From positions 178-64,177 of the forward strand of contig JAXLQQ010000020.1 in NCBI GenBank assembly GCA_046331525.1: 64,000 nucleotides of DNA. The letters run 5' to 3'. Below the pieces are notes generated by a model that saw nothing but the letters and a program-made list of their open reading frames with translations, was not told the DNA's origin and made no database searches. This document shows positions 37,946 through 49,228 of the stretch, piece by piece. This DNA comes from Blastocatellia bacterium (GTDB lineage: Bacteria > Acidobacteriota > Blastocatellia > RBC074). Each line of letters starts with the position of its first letter. Positions within the stretch are counted from its first letter, which is position 1. The position numbers were made by a program, and so were the translations under genes.

Positions 37946-39063
37946 TACCGTAACTTCAACGTTGAAAGCGCCAGCAGACCAAACAGCACTGCCGCAATCA
38001 AAAAGCGAAAGACAATTTTCGGCTCTTTCCAGCCTGATAATTCAAAGTGATGATGCAGCGGCGACATCTTGAAGACGCGCTTTTTCGTGAGCTTGAACGA
38101 CATCACCTGGATCATTACGGAAAGCGCTTCGAGCATAAACACGCCGCCGATGATCGTCAGCACGACTTCCTGTTTGATAATGACCGCAATCGTTGCCAAC
38201 GTACCGCCAATGCCGAGCGCGCCGACATCGCCCATAAAAACTTCGGCAGGCGGCGCATTGAACCAGAGAAACCCTAGGCTCGCGCCGACTAACGCACCAC
38301 CAACAATCGTCAATTCCGAGATTGTCAATTCGCCCGTTCCCGTGCTGCGAATCAAATCCAGATACTCCGCAAACTTCGCGTGCCCTGTGACGTACACAAG
38401 CGCCGTCAATGCTGAAGCCGCCACAACCGTGACACTAATTGCCAAACCATCTAGGCCATCCGTCAGATTCACCGCGTTCGAGCAAAACACCGTAAAGAGC
38501 ATCAGAAAGGCCAGGTACGCGAGAAAGGGTAACGTTGGGTGAAAGTCTTTGAAGAACGGCACGCTCAACACCCAGCTATAATTCGTCAATTGCTTCAGCA
38601 TCAGGCCAACAATTAACGCCGTGCCAAATTGCCCGACTAATTTCTGCTTGCCAGTTAAGCCCAGGCTCCGTTTCTTTTTGATCTTGATGTAATCATCCAA
38701 AAAGCCAACCAGCGAAAAGCCCAGCGTGCCAACGAGGGCAATCCACAGATACCTGTTTTTCAAATCTGCCCACAGCAGCGCCGAGACGACAACGGAGCCA
38801 ATGACCAACACGCCGCCCATCGTTGGCGTTCCCTTTTTGGCCTGATGATGGGCCGGGCCTTCTTCGCGGATTTCCTGCCCAAACTTGAACTCGCGTAATT
38901 TGCGGATCATCCACGGCCCCAGCCCCAGACTTAATAAAAATGCAAAGATCGTGGCATACGCGGTGCGAAACGTGACGTACTGGAAGACATTGAACGCCTT
39001 CAGCACCGGATAGGCGTGGGCATACTGCTCAAAAAGTAATTTGTAGAATAAGTAGTAGAGCAT
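37945..39063 (-). CDS. mraY: Phospho-N-acetylmuramoyl-pentapeptide transferase
   Basis: Motifs [22 protein letters not shown] and PLHHHFE. Confidence 0.95.
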   Translation of the reverse strand: MLYYLFYKLLFEQYAHAYPVLKAFNVFQYVTFRTAYATIFAFLLSLGLGPWMIRKLREFKFGQEIREEGPAHHQAKKGTPTMGGVLVIGSVVVSALLWADLKNRYLWIALVGTLGFSLVGFLDDYIKIKKKRSLGLTGKQKLVGQFGTALIVGLMLKQLTNYSWVLSVPFFKDFHPTLPFLAYLAFLMLFTVFCSNAVNLTDGLDGLAISVTVVAASALTALVYVTGHAKFAEYLDLIRSTGTGELTISELTIVGGALVGASLGFLWFNAPPAEVFMGDVGALGIGGTLATIAVIIKQEVVLTIIGGVFMLEALSVMIQVMSFKLTKKRVFKMSPLHHHFELSGWKEPKIVFRFLIAAVLFGLLALSTLKLR

Positions 39064-39094
39064 TATGCAGTGTAATAAATTCCTCGCTGGGGAT

Positions 39095-40525
39095 TTATGT
39101 TGCTTTTCCTCCTAACGCTGCTTTCAATCGTTCGACCACGCGCTCTGTGCGCACACCGCGCGAGCCTTTGACTAAGACTAGATCGCCCGGTTGCAACTCG
39201 TTCAGCAATTGTTCCGCCGCTTCTTCCGGCGTCGCGCAAAAGGTCGCGTGACAGGAGCCGATTTCGTTTGCGCCTGCGACTAACTCGCCCGCCAAACCGC
39301 GCAGGCCGAAAAGGCGCTCGATGCCAGCGGTGGCGATGTCTTGGCCGCATTGGCGATGCATTGCTGCACCCTGTTCGCCCAGTTCGAGCATTTCTCCGGC
39401 AATGACGATGCGGCGCGCGTACCCTTTGGCCTGCGCCATTGCCTGCACGGCTTGCAGCAGGGCCGGGGGATTCGAGTTGTACGAATCGTCAATAACCGTC
39501 ACGCCGTTAGCGAATTGGATGAGTTCGCCGCGCATCTTCGACGGCATAGCGGTGTTGAGCCGCGCCGCGATTTGCTCCGCTTGCAAACCAAAATGATGCC
39601 CTGCCGCCGCCGCTGCCAGTGCGTTGTAGACGTTGTGCTTACCGAGCAAGGGCAAGTGTACGAATGCTTCGCCGCTCGGCGTGCGTAGTGTAAACGCCGT
39701 CGCGTGCAAACTTTCGTAATTGATGTTCGTGGCGCGAATGTTTGCTGTGGCCTCAATGGCAAATGTCAAAGAACGAATGTTTGTTCGCCGTGCCTGCATT
39801 GCAATTACCAGCGGATCATCGGCATTGAGAATCGCGGTGCCGTTCGGTTGCAGGCCGTCAATAATTTCGGCTTTGGCTTCGGCGATGCCCTCGCTGGTGC
39901 CGAAAAATTCAATGTGCGCGGTGCCGACGTTGCCCACGATGGAAACTGTTGGCGGCGCGATTTCCGTTAGTCGTCGGATTTCGCCAAACGAACTCATACC
40001 AAATTCCAGCACGGCAAGGTTGAAATCACTCGGTTGTGCCGTTGCCGAAATCATTCGTCCAACCGTCAACGGCAATCCATAGCTCGTATTTAAATTGCCA
40101 AGCGACTTGAATACTTTTGGCGTTACTGCTTCCAGTACGTGCGCCGTCAAATCCTTCATCGTCGTTTTGCCCGCGCTGCCCGTCACGGCAACAATTGGAC
40201 GTTGCCACGCGGCCAGCACTTTTTGCGCCAGTTGCTGAAAGGCAAACGCTGTATCGGTGACAAACAACAAACAGTCTTTGTGCGGGGCAAGGTGTTTGGC
40301 AAAGGGCAAACGATGATGTACGACCAATGCGGCCAGCGCGCCTTTGTCCAAAACTTCGGCAACGAACTGATGCCCGTCTACGCGCTCACCGGGAATAGCG
40401 ACGAAGATTTCACCTGGTTTGACGAGGCGCGAATCAATCGCAAAGCCTGCGGGCACGGCTTCCGCTACCGTCGGCGAAAGACGATGCGTGGCACCGCAGA
40501 GATTGGCGATTTCGCTCAGCTTCAT
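39095..40525 (-). CDS. murF: UDP-N-acetylmuramoyl-tripeptide--D-alanyl-D-alanine ligase
   Basis: Motif [12 protein letters not shown] and Mur ligase architecture. The ATG at 40525 (MKLSEIANL) is preferred over the upstream extension. Confidence 0.9.
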   Translation of the reverse strand: MKLSEIANLCGATHRLSPTVAEAVPAGFAIDSRLVKPGEIFVAIPGERVDGHQFVAEVLDKGALAALVVHHRLPFAKHLAPHKDCLLFVTDTAFAFQQLAQKVLAAWQRPIVAVTGSAGKTTMKDLTAHVLEAVTPKVFKSLGNLNTSYGLPLTVGRMISATAQPSDFNLAVLEFGMSSFGEIRRLTEIAPPTVSIVGNVGTAHIEFFGTSEGIAEAKAEIIDGLQPNGTAILNADDPLVIAMQARRTNIRSLTFAIEATANIRATNINYESLHATAFTLRTPSGEAFVHLPLLGKHNVYNALAAAAAGHHFGLQAEQIAARLNTAMPSKMRGELIQFANGVTVIDDSYNSNPPALLQAVQAMAQAKGYARRIVIAGEMLELGEQGAAMHRQCGQDIATAGIERLFGLRGLAGELVAGANEIGSCHATFCATPEEAAEQLLNELQPGDLVLVKGSRGVRTERVVERLKAALGGKAT

Positions 40526-40533
40526 TCTTTTTA

Positions 40534-40640
40534 TTAACCACGGGGAGCACGGGGGACACGGGGAAGTGACTACTACAGAATTGATGGAGTAAAACAAAAA
40601 CTCAAAAAAGCTCCGTATCCCCCGTGCTCTCCGTGGTTAA
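40534..40640. repeat. 23-bp inverted repeat with 1 mismatch (arms made of CACGGGG(A) units) and a 61-nt loop in the murE-murF spacer
   Basis: TTAACCACGGGGAGCACGGGGGA at 40534-40556 pairs with TCCCCCGTGCTCTCCGTGGTTAA at 40618-40640. The right arm overlaps the murE stop. Confidence 0.8.
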
Positions 40641-42124
40641 TCTCTGGATTTCCTTTCGCGCAGTGCTTCCTGCGCTACTTCGCGGTCATCGAAATGAATC
40701 TTGCCGCTCGCTAAAATTTGATAGTCCTCGTGGCCTTTGCCTGCGATGACGATCACATCATTCCGTTTGGCCTCGACAATCGCCTGAAAAATCGCAGCGC
40801 GCCTGTCTTCGATCAGTTCATAGTTGCCGTTCGCCTGTTTCAAGCCTGCTTCAATTTCGTGCAATATCAGCAGCGGGTCTTCACTGCGCGGATTGTCTGA
40901 CGTAGCGATGACGTGTTCGCTCAACTGTGCCGCCGCCTGTCCCATCAACAGGCGTTTGAGCTTGTCGCGATCTCCACCGCAGCCGAACACTGTAATGACG
41001 CGCCCGCCGGTTGTCTTCGCCGTGTCGCGCGCCATTTGCAAAACGTTCACCAGCGCGTCCGGTGTGTGGGCGTAATCCACAACAACGGTAATGTCATCTT
41101 CGCCTGCGCTTACACGCTCAAACCGGCCTGCGGCACCTCGGCTGGCACCGATGCCGCACGTGATGCTTTCCGCGTCAATGCCAAGCGCAATGCCGATGCC
41201 CACTGCGCACAGGATGTTGTAAGCGTGCGGACGCCCGACGAGAGGCGAGCGAATTGCGAGATCACCGAGAGGAGTGCGAGCCGTGAAAGACAGCCCAGCA
41301 ACGCCAAAATCATTTCGATCAGCGGTAAGATCAGCGCGCGAATCAAGGGCATAACTCAAAACCTCGGCGCTCGTCACAGACGGCAACTGCGCCCCGTAAG
41401 CGTCGTCTACATTGACGACGATGAAATCTTTGGCTTTGACAAACAGCTTACGTTTCGCAGCGGCGTAAGCTTCCATCGTGCCGTGATAATCCAAATGGTC
41501 TTGCGTGAGATTGGTGAACGCCGCCACAGCAAAATCCAACGCATCTACACGCTGCAAATCGAGTGCGATTGAGGAAACTTCCATCACTGCATATTTCGCT
41601 CCGGCCTCGACTGCGCGCCGCAGAAAATCCTGAATATGTGACGCTTCAGGCGTCGTGTGTTCGGCGGTCTCTTCCTGCTCGCCGATGCGATGACTGATTG
41701 TGCCCATCATCGCAGGCACCGCGCCCGCCGCGCGAAAAATCGCTTCGCACAAATGCGCCGTCGTCGTTTTGCCATTCGTGCCGGTGATGCCGACCAGTTT
41801 CAAAGAGCGCGAAGGATGCCCATGCACGATTGCTGCCGTGTGCGCGAGCGCCGCGCGGGCATCGGCGACCTGCAACCACGCGCCAGCAAAATCAGCCGGG
41901 CGTGGGATTTCGGAAATAACAGCGAGCGCGCCGCGTTGCGTAGCTTGTTGGACGAAATTGTTTCCGTCCGTTGTTGCGCCTTTGATTGCTACGAAAATGC
42001 CCCCCGGCACAACGCGGCGCGAATCGTGAGTGACCGCAAAACTCGCGGGCGCGATGGTTGTTTCCATCTTGTCGCCGCTCGCTTGTGCGCGTAATTCCCG
42101 CACGATGTCACTCAGTAAAGTCAT
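40637..42124 (-). CDS. murE: UDP-N-acetylmuramoyl-L-alanyl-D-glutamate--2,6-diaminopimelate ligase
   Basis: Motifs [13 protein letters not shown] and DNPR. The ATG at 42124 (MTLLSDIV) is preferred. Confidence 0.95.
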   Translation of the reverse strand: MTLLSDIVRELRAQASGDKMETTIAPASFAVTHDSRRVVPGGIFVAIKGATTDGNNFVQQATQRGALAVISEIPRPADFAGAWLQVADARAALAHTAAIVHGHPSRSLKLVGITGTNGKTTTAHLCEAIFRAAGAVPAMMGTISHRIGEQEETAEHTTPEASHIQDFLRRAVEAGAKYAVMEVSSIALDLQRVDALDFAVAAFTNLTQDHLDYHGTMEAYAAAKRKLFVKAKDFIVVNVDDAYGAQLPSVTSAEVLSYALDSRADLTADRNDFGVAGLSFTARTPLGDLAIRSPLVGRPHAYNILCAVGIGIALGIDAESITCGIGASRGAAGRFERVSAGEDDITVVVDYAHTPDALVNVLQMARDTAKTTGGRVITVFGCGGDRDKLKRLLMGQAAAQLSEHVIATSDNPRSEDPLLILHEIEAGLKQANGNYELIEDRRAAIFQAIVEAKRNDVIVIAGKGHEDYQILASGKIHFDDREVAQEALRERKSRD

Positions 42125-42137
42125 TTTGGTCTTAGTT

Positions 42138-42184
42138 CTTTGTTTTTTGGGCTTTTGGCAAAGGCCAAAGACCAAAAAACAAAG
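42138..42184. repeat. Roughly 21-bp hairpin (1 mismatch, 1 bulge, AAAG tetraloop) in the ftsI-murE spacer
   Basis: CTTTGTTTTTTGGGCTTTTGGC-aaag-GCCAAAGACCAAAAAACAAAG. Confidence 0.75.
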
Positions 42185-42190
42185 GCCGAA

Positions 42191-44419
42191 TTATTTAAAT
42201 TCAACGATCAACGTATCGCCCACTTGCCGCTGGCTTTTGGCCAGGCCGATGCCGATGGCTTTTAGTTTTACGCGCGCCTGACTGCACAGGGCGACGGCCT
42301 CGCGCAAGTTGCGTCCAACGACATTGGGCGCGTTGGCAACCGCCTGTTTCGTCGCTTGTGGTTTAGTTGCTTCGGGCGCTTTTTTCACAGCCACAGCGGG
42401 CGTGCTGGACGCTTTGGGCGTAGGCAATTTTAAAATAGGCGTTGCCTTCGGTGCCGCCGTTGCTTTGGCAATGGCGGGCGTCGCCGTTGGCGTTGCGGTC
42501 GGCTTGACACTTGCCTGCGGGGGTGGCGTGACAGCGGGACGGTTCGGTGCCGGAGCGGCGGCGACCAGCGATTTCGCCAGCCCTTTGTCGCGTGCCTGAA
42601 ATTCTTTTTCCAGTGCCGCCATCTTTTCTTTGTGGTCTTCGGTGTCGGGCAACACGCCGTAATCCACCAGCGCCGCCTGCGCGATTTGATTGAAAACAGG
42701 AGCCGCGACTTGGCCGCCCTGATGCGCGCCTTTGGGATAATCCAGCACGACGATAATGGCAAAGCGGGGGCTGGTCGCGGGAACAAAGCCTGCGAACGAG
42801 GCGACGTACGCGGAACTGGAATACGCGCCGTTGATGACTTTTTGCGCCGTCCCGGTTTTGCCTGCGGCGGTGTAGCCAGCCAGTTGTACGGCGTGGCGCG
42901 CGGTGCCGATTTCCACGACATCGGCGAGCATGGTTTTCATCGTGTCCGCGGTTTGCTCGTTCACGACCTGACGTGTTGCGGGATTCGCCTTCCACAGTTC
43001 GCGTTGTTCGGCGTCGCCGCTGACGATTTGTTTGACGATGTGAGGTTGTACCCAAGTGCCGCGATTCGCAATCGCCGCCATCGCGCTGACCGCTTGCACC
43101 GCGGTCACGCCGATTTCATGCCCCATCGGAATCGAACCCATCGAATTCTGCGTCCAGTTCTCAAACTTGCGCACAATGCCGGGCGATTCGTAGGGCAAAT
43201 CAATGCCAGTTTTTTTGCCGAAGCCAAACCGGGTCAAATAATCAAACATTCTCTCTTTGCCAACTTGCATCCCAATCTTGATGGCCGCCACGTTCGACGA
43301 TTTGGCGAGTGCTTCTCTCACCGTTAATTCGCCGTAGGGATGCGCGTCACGCACGATGCGCGGGCCAATCGCAATCTGTCCGTTGCCACAAAAAATCTTG
43401 TTTTCCGGTTTGACGATGCCTTCCTGAATCGCGGCGGAATAGGTCACGATCTTGAAGACCGAGCCGGGTTCATACGGGTCAGTCAAAGCACGGTTGCGGC
43501 GCGCATACGCTTCTTTGTCCGAGCCGGTTAAGTGCATCGGATCATACGTGGGGTAATTGGCGAGCGTCAGCACTTCGCCATTGCTGATGTCCAGCACGAT
43601 GGCGCTGCCGCTTTCGGATTGGGTTTCTTCGACGGCCTGCGCCAGCATCTTTTCGGCTTTGTACTGCAGCGTGGCGTCAATGGTCGTGATGATCGTCGAA
43701 CCGGCAAGGGCTTCCTGATCGGCGCGCGACAAGACGTGGCCCTGACTATCGGTTTCCAAAAAGCTTTTGCCGCTTTGCCCCGCGAGTTGTTTTTCCTGCG
43801 TGGCTTCCAATCCGGCGGCTCCGATCAGCGAGGGCGATGGCGTAGCGTCAGGCGCGGCTTTGCCTTTCGCAATCACTTCAGGTTTGCTGACAAAGCCGAG
43901 GATGTGCGCGGCTAGGTTACTTTGCGGATAGAGGCGCTGCGGTTCGTGGAGGATTTTGATGCCCGTGAATTTGCGAGCAATTTTTAGATCAGCGCTTTCG
44001 GTTACGTTACGCAACGCATCGACGGCTTCGGGCGCGACTTTTTTTGCAATGACGAAATCTTTTAGCTCGCCGTGAAAGCGCGCGTTCAAATCGCCTTCAT
44101 TGAGCTTGAGCGTTTCCGCCAGTGTTTTGACGACGAAGGGCAGGTCTTTATCTACGATCTGATGCAAATCCGCTTTGATCGTGACGGTGTCGCCACTGAG
44201 GGCGAGCAAGGTGCCGTGCCTATCCACAATCGTGCCGCGTGCGGCGGTGACGTTTTCCAGGCGTTCGCGTTGGCGCGCGGCTTTCTCGGCCAGTTCTGCG
44301 TGCCGCATGATTTGTAAAAAGGCCAGCCGCCAGATAATCACGCCCATCCAGGCGACAAAAAGGCACGCGATGGCTAAGTGCCGTCCGGTAAGGCCGCGTT
44401 GTTTCTTTTTGGTTGCCAT
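42191..44419 (-). CDS. ftsI: Class B penicillin-binding protein FtsI with a P/A/T-rich linker and a C-terminal PASTA-like domain
   Basis: Transpeptidase motifs (SVFK = SxxK, SSN, KTGTA). The C-terminus PNVVGRNLREAVALCSQARVKLKAIGIGLAKSQRQVGDTLIVEF is PASTA-like. Confidence 0.93.
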   Translation of the reverse strand: MATKKKQRGLTGRHLAIACLFVAWMGVIIWRLAFLQIMRHAELAEKAARQRERLENVTAARGTIVDRHGTLLALSGDTVTIKADLHQIVDKDLPFVVKTLAETLKLNEGDLNARFHGELKDFVIAKKVAPEAVDALRNVTESADLKIARKFTGIKILHEPQRLYPQSNLAAHILGFVSKPEVIAKGKAAPDATPSPSLIGAAGLEATQEKQLAGQSGKSFLETDSQGHVLSRADQEALAGSTIITTIDATLQYKAEKMLAQAVEETQSESGSAIVLDISNGEVLTLANYPTYDPMHLTGSDKEAYARRNRALTDPYEPGSVFKIVTYSAAIQEGIVKPENKIFCGNGQIAIGPRIVRDAHPYGELTVREALAKSSNVAAIKIGMQVGKERMFDYLTRFGFGKKTGIDLPYESPGIVRKFENWTQNSMGSIPMGHEIGVTAVQAVSAMAAIANRGTWVQPHIVKQIVSGDAEQRELWKANPATRQVVNEQTADTMKTMLADVVEIGTARHAVQLAGYTAAGKTGTAQKVINGAYSSSAYVASFAGFVPATSPRFAIIVVLDYPKGAHQGGQVAAPVFNQIAQAALVDYGVLPDTEDHKEKMAALEKEFQARDKGLAKSLVAAAPAPNRPAVTPPPQASVKPTATPTATPAIAKATAAPKATPILKLPTPKASSTPAVAVKKAPEATKPQATKQAVANAPNVVGRNLREAVALCSQARVKLKAIGIGLAKSQRQVGDTLIVEFK

Positions 44420-44453
44420 ACCCTACTCCTCGTGGACTCTGCTGAGGTCGTCT

Positions 44454-45050
44454 TTAGTGCCTCGCTGTTTTGGCTCGTGGTTGCGGGGCGGATTGTATTT
44501 TCGCTTTTTCAGTAGCAGTTACTTTTTTTGTGCTGCTCACAAGTTTTTTCTGATCCATCTCCAGCGGAGCCAGATCGGCAGACTTGCGCGCTTCACGATC
44601 AATTTCCTGCGGGCTGGCCGCATGTTCGACTTCGGCTTGCAGCCGTTGATTTTTGGCTTTGATGTTTTGGGTCTGGTCTTTCAGCTTGATTTCATCGCGT
44701 CCAAAGGCATGCGCGATAAAGTGTTCGCGCAAACTGTACATAAAACCACCCGCGAACAAGACGCCGCAAAAGAGCAAGCCGACCAATGCATAAGGCCGCG
44801 AGGTTGCTTTGGCCACCTCTTTTGCTTGGGTGGGCAACTGTAATTGCTCATCCAGCGCCAACAGCGATAGGCCACGATGCTTGAGCGTACCGACTTCCAC
44901 CGTTGGCAGCGACCACGCGGGCGTTAACTGAGTCAACAAAGGAGCAGCCGCGCGCGTGATGGGTTTCGCCGCAGGTTTCACGCTGTAATTTGCCTGCGTT
45001 CGTTTCGCTACCGGCCCGTTCTGAATTTGCGGGCGAAAAGAATTATTCAT
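44454..45050 (-). CDS. FtsL-like cell division protein (single TM plus coiled coil); start uncertain
   Basis: Position between rsmH and ftsI. TM segment YALVGLLFCGVLFAGGFMY followed by a heptad-like segment. Confidence 0.55.
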   Translation of the reverse strand: MNNSFRPQIQNGPVAKRTQANYSVKPAAKPITRAAAPLLTQLTPAWSLPTVEVGTLKHRGLSLLALDEQLQLPTQAKEVAKATSRPYALVGLLFCGVLFAGGFMYSLREHFIAHAFGRDEIKLKDQTQNIKAKNQRLQAEVEHAASPQEIDREARKSADLAPLEMDQKKLVSSTKKVTATEKAKIQSAPQPRAKTARH

Positions 45051-45085
45051 ATTGGCAATTCCTCCGGCACGGGAATTGGGGGTCG

Positions 45086-46054
45086 TTACGTGTAAATGAT
45101 CGGCTGCAATTTCTGGCAAGCGCGAAGTTTCGCGCTGCGCGCGCGGGGATTCGCTTGCAGTTCACTTTCGCGCGGTTGAGCGGGCTTGCTTGTGAGAAGC
45201 TCAACACGCCGCGCGGTGCCACAACGACAATCCGGCAGCTGAGGAGGGCAAACACAGTGACCAGATTGAAATTTCAATGCCTGCTTGATGAGCCTGTCTT
45301 CAAGCGAATGAAACGTAATCACCACTAATCGTCCGCCCACTTCCAGCAAATCTACCGCGTCGGCGACAAACTGCGGTAATCCGTCCAATTCACGATTCAC
45401 CGCAATGCGCAACGCCTGAAATGTTTTGGTCGCCGGATGAATTTTCCAGTGACCTTTTTGATGTATTGCCGCCACCACCAAATCCGCCAGTTGCTTGGTG
45501 GTTTGGAGCGGCGCTTTCACGCGCGCCTGCACGATGCGATGCGCAATCCTGCGTGCCGCGTGTTCTTCTCCAAATGCAAAAATCAAATCCGCGAGTTCGC
45601 GCTCGCTCAAGGTATTTACAAGGTCAGCAGCCGTCGTTGCCTCTGTCCGATCCATCCGCATATCCAGCGGCGAATCTTCATTGAAGCGAAAACTGAATCC
45701 GCGCTCTGGCGTATCGAACTGGTAAGACGACACGCCCAAATCTGCCAGAATGCCGTGCACTGCGCTGATGCCTTTTTCAAGCAACGCTGCCTTGATTTGG
45801 CGATAGTCGTTATGCACTGCCGTAAATCGTTCGCCAAATCCCGCCAGCCGTTGCTGCGCGAACGCAATCGCTTCGGCATCCCGATCAAATCCGATGATGC
45901 GATTTTCCGGCGAGGCTTGCAGAATACCTTCGCTGTGTCCGCCCATTCCGAGCGTCGCGTCAACGAACAATCCTCCTGCTGTCACATTCAACGATTCCAG
46001 CGATTCACTGAACATCACCGGTAGATGCATGTTTTGGGGAGAAGTGAGAGACAT
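45086..46054 (-). CDS. rsmH: 16S rRNA (cytosine1402-N4)-methyltransferase
   Basis: Motifs [23 protein letters not shown] and SFHSLEDR. Confidence 0.95.
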   Translation of the reverse strand: MSLTSPQNMHLPVMFSESLESLNVTAGGLFVDATLGMGGHSEGILQASPENRIIGFDRDAEAIAFAQQRLAGFGERFTAVHNDYRQIKAALLEKGISAVHGILADLGVSSYQFDTPERGFSFRFNEDSPLDMRMDRTEATTAADLVNTLSERELADLIFAFGEEHAARRIAHRIVQARVKAPLQTTKQLADLVVAAIHQKGHWKIHPATKTFQALRIAVNRELDGLPQFVADAVDLLEVGGRLVVITFHSLEDRLIKQALKFQSGHCVCPPQLPDCRCGTARRVELLTSKPAQPRESELQANPRARSAKLRACQKLQPIIYT

Positions 46055-46083
46055 GGCAAATTTCAAAACTCCAATCTCAAATT

Positions 46084-46527
46084 TCAAATCCCCAACCGCG
46101 CAATCTGCTCAGCATCTTCATCCGTGAACGGATGTGCATTTAGTCGCAACCGGAAGCGATCTGCGCTCCAGATTTCCAAATAAGTCAAATAACCAAAAAT
46201 CGTAACCTCACCTAACAATTCCGCCGCGCCTCTGAGCAACGGGTGAATCAAAATCCGGCCTTGCGGATCAAGCGTTTGCAGTTGCCCGTAATAATTCACG
46301 CGATCCAAAAATTTGCGTCTGGTTGGATCCATCGTGGGCAACAGCGCCAGCTTGTTTTCAATCTCCTCCCACTCCGTCAGCGGGTATAACCGCGCGCATT
46401 CTCCGTCCAAACTTGTCACGTAAAAATCAGGATTGCCGTAATGTTGATCCAGATAGCGCTTGAAGCTTGCAGGAATCTTGATGCGTCCTTTATCATCAAT
46501 GGTGGCTGTATAGCTTCCGCGTAACAT
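46084..46527 (-). CDS. mraZ: Transcriptional regulator MraZ
   Basis: [19 protein letters not shown] plus a second DxxGR motif (LDPQGRILI). Confidence 0.95.
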   Translation of the reverse strand: MLRGSYTATIDDKGRIKIPASFKRYLDQHYGNPDFYVTSLDGECARLYPLTEWEEIENKLALLPTMDPTRRKFLDRVNYYGQLQTLDPQGRILIHPLLRGAAELLGEVTIFGYLTYLEIWSADRFRLRLNAHPFTDEDAEQIARLGI

Positions 46528-46972
46528 TAAATAGGCAAGCTGAAAAACAACGAGTTGACAATGAGTAGCGTTGGAGAATTCAAGTACGCTTTTCGGTTAG
46601 CTTTTATCTAAGCCCCTTTTTAATCAAATGCTTATGCTCTAAGGTTGAGCTTCAATTTACACCGCTAAATTACTAAAATAGACCACCTTATTCCACTTTG
46701 TCCCACTGGATTGGCGCAGTGTATGGCACCCTTCTGGCGATGTCAAGCAATTTTATGACGAAAATCTTGCTAATTTCTTTCTTCAGGTCAGCTCAGCTAA
46801 ATGCTTGTATAAACTGGACAAGAGGATTTAGGATAAACCTATCATTTCGTTGAGTTTTGTTAAACTGAAGGAGCCCGCCTTTGTTGGTAGTTCTGCCCGG
46901 CGAGGCTTGGCATTTCCGTTGCTTCCTAGTATCTTGCCAACTCTTTCAATCATAAATTTCGTTTTTGTACTG

Positions 46973-47722
46973 ATGTCTCAATCACTGCAATTACTTACGT
47001 TCGGCCTGCTTGCTGCCGCCGGAAATTTGCTGGGCGGCTGGTTTGTCGCCAGAGCGCAAACGGCGAATCATCCGCGACTCAAGCGTCTGCTGGCTTTTGG
47101 CGCGGGGTTTATGTTGGCGGCGGTGGTGCTGGAAGTTATTCCCGCAAGCTTTGCGCAGGCGGGAGTGGACGGCGCGCTGGCGATGGTCTGGCTGTTGGCT
47201 GGTTATCTGATTATTCAGCTGGTTGAACATACGATTGCTCCGCATTTTCATTTTGGTGAGGAAGTGCATACTGAAGAAATGCATCGTTCGGGCGTGGCCG
47301 TCACGGCGGTTGCGGCGCTGACGTTTCATGCATTTTTTGACGGCGTGACAATTGCTTCTGGCTTACTCGTCAATTTTCGTCTGGGGTTGTTGTTGTTTTT
47401 AGCGGTGTTGCTGCACAAAGCTCCCGAAGGATTTACAGTAGCTTCGATTATGATGAGCGCCGGAAAAACGGGACGCGCGGCGTTGAATGCCACGTTGCTC
47501 ATTGCTGTGGCGACTTTTGCCGGGATTTTTTGCGTGGTATTAGTGGATCGCGCGCTTGCGTTTGCTCTACCGCTATCGGCTGGCGCGACGTTGTATATCG
47601 CAGCTTCTGATTTGATCCCAGAAGCCAACCGGGAAGGTGGCTGGCGCACGTCGCTCTTTATTTTTGTCGGTGTGGCATTTTTTTACCTCACGCATTTGTT
47701 GCTGCACCGCCTTTTGGGGTAA
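46973..47722 (+). CDS. ZIP-family divalent metal transporter
   Basis: Multi-TM protein with a His-rich loop [14 protein letters not shown] and the motif [13 protein letters not shown]. Confidence 0.85.
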   Translation: MSQSLQLLTFGLLAAAGNLLGGWFVARAQTANHPRLKRLLAFGAGFMLAAVVLEVIPASFAQAGVDGALAMVWLLAGYLIIQLVEHTIAPHFHFGEEVHTEEMHRSGVAVTAVAALTFHAFFDGVTIASGLLVNFRLGLLLFLAVLLHKAPEGFTVASIMMSAGKTGRAALNATLLIAVATFAGIFCVVLVDRALAFALPLSAGATLYIAASDLIPEANREGGWRTSLFIFVGVAFFYLTHLLLHRLLG

Positions 47723-47880
47723 GTGCAATTTTTTCCTGAAAAAACTGGCGTCATAGAAGAAGAAGGAATATTATTTTAGCTGTCGTGTTTTCCTTTTCAA
47801 CCCAATTGCTTTTTCCACTGAAGCAATGTTTGCGCGACAACCTCAGAACGACCTGAAGTTGCTGCTGTCAGGAGGCCGCC

Positions 47881-49134
47881 ATGCAAAAAATCGTTTCTCG
47901 GTTCGTAGCCCTCTCCTTCGCCTTGCTACTCATCGCCAGCGTTGCACAAGCGCAGTATCTGGTGTCGAGCAAAGCAGGTTTTGTTAATCGTGTGGAAGGA
48001 AAAGTCCACCTCCACGGACAGGGCAGTGCGCCCGATGATATGCACGCCGCCTCAATGGCTTCGCAGATGAAGGAGGGCAATCAGATTTCCACCGATGCCA
48101 ACAGCCACGCGGAATTGCTATTGACGCCCGGCTCGTACCTGCGCCTGAACGAAAAAACGACAGTGGAAGCTGTGCGCACTTCGCTGGAAGGCAGCCGTTT
48201 TGATATTGTGCAGGGATCGGTGATCGTCGAAATTGGCGAAATTGACAAAAAGAGTGCAATCGAAATCGGCACGCCGCGCGGCGTAGTGACGATGAACAGA
48301 GCTGGAATTTATCGTATTGATGTCGTCGGCAAAGATGTTGCCGTGAGCGTGCGCAAAGGCGAAGCTTACATTGGCACTCGTGACCAATTGCTGACGAATA
48401 ATGTGATCAAAATCGGTGGCAACCGTGTATATCGCTTAGTTGGCGATGGCGCGCCACAAACTGCCAAACTTAGCGCCAAAGTATTTGATGAGTTCGATCA
48501 GTGGAGTTATTTGCGCGCCGAATCGTTGGTCGCGGCGAACTATTCGCTGCTGCAACGGACGCGCTCGCGCAATGCGCTGCTGTCGGGGTGGATTTACGAT
48601 CCAATGATGAACAGCTACACCTTTGTGCCAAGTTCGTGGTTGTTTGTTACACCCTATGGTTTTGGATTTTACCGGCGCTACAGTGATTGCGACTGGTGCT
48701 TTGGCGGGTACCTTAATCCCTATTATTACAATGGCGGTTATTACGGCAATGGATCAAACAATGGCGGTGGCGGTGGTTCCACAAATGTCGGGAGCGGTGG
48801 TGCGCCGCCGCGTGTGACGGATGAAAGCCGTTTGGCGAATCGCACGCACACGCAACGTGATACGCCAAGCCGTCAGGTTGAGCCGTATTCGCGTCCGACG
48901 GTTTTCTATCCAACAGATCGTGGAGCGAGTTCGAGAGGGATTGATTCTCAGTCTTCTGTGTACAGTCCTTCCTCGCGCTCAACTTCATCTTTCCCCAGTT
49001 CTTCTCCTTCTTCTGCACCTGCGTCGAGCGTGCCGAGTCGTGTTGATACTAGCTCACCAGCCAGTTCAGATCGTGGCGGCGGTGGCGGGCGCGGCGATTC
49101 TTCACGCGGTACGAGCGGCCCGCGTGGCAACTGA
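47881..49134 (+). CDS. Secreted FecR-domain protein with a G/S/Y-rich low-complexity C-terminal tail
   Basis: Signal peptide ALSFALLLIASVAQAQ. FecR-like segment ISTDANSHAELLLTPGSYLRLNEKTTV..GSVIVE. The tail is rich in GGGG and S/P. Confidence 0.65.
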   Translation: MQKIVSRFVALSFALLLIASVAQAQYLVSSKAGFVNRVEGKVHLHGQGSAPDDMHAASMASQMKEGNQISTDANSHAELLLTPGSYLRLNEKTTVEAVRTSLEGSRFDIVQGSVIVEIGEIDKKSAIEIGTPRGVVTMNRAGIYRIDVVGKDVAVSVRKGEAYIGTRDQLLTNNVIKIGGNRVYRLVGDGAPQTAKLSAKVFDEFDQWSYLRAESLVAANYSLLQRTRSRNALLSGWIYDPMMNSYTFVPSSWLFVTPYGFGFYRRYSDCDWCFGGYLNPYYYNGGYYGNGSNNGGGGGSTNVGSGGAPPRVTDESRLANRTHTQRDTPSRQVEPYSRPTVFYPTDRGASSRGIDSQSSVYSPSSRSTSSFPSSSPSSAPASSVPSRVDTSSPASSDRGGGGGRGDSSRGTSGPRGN

Positions 49135-49151
49135 TAGCAGTTTTGCAATTT

Positions 49152-49204
49152 GAAAAAAACTTACGCGGCGAATGAAATGAAATCATTCGCCGCGTAAGTT
49201 TTTT
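49152..49204. terminator. Bidirectional rho-independent terminator between convergent genes
   Basis: A7 tract, then a perfect 16-bp stem CTTACGCGGCGAATGA/TCATTCGCCGCGTAAG (49159-49174 / 49182-49197) with a 7-nt loop, then a T6 tract. Confidence 0.85.
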
Positions 49205-49228
49205 GTCTCGAACTTTTGCTGCCCCTCG

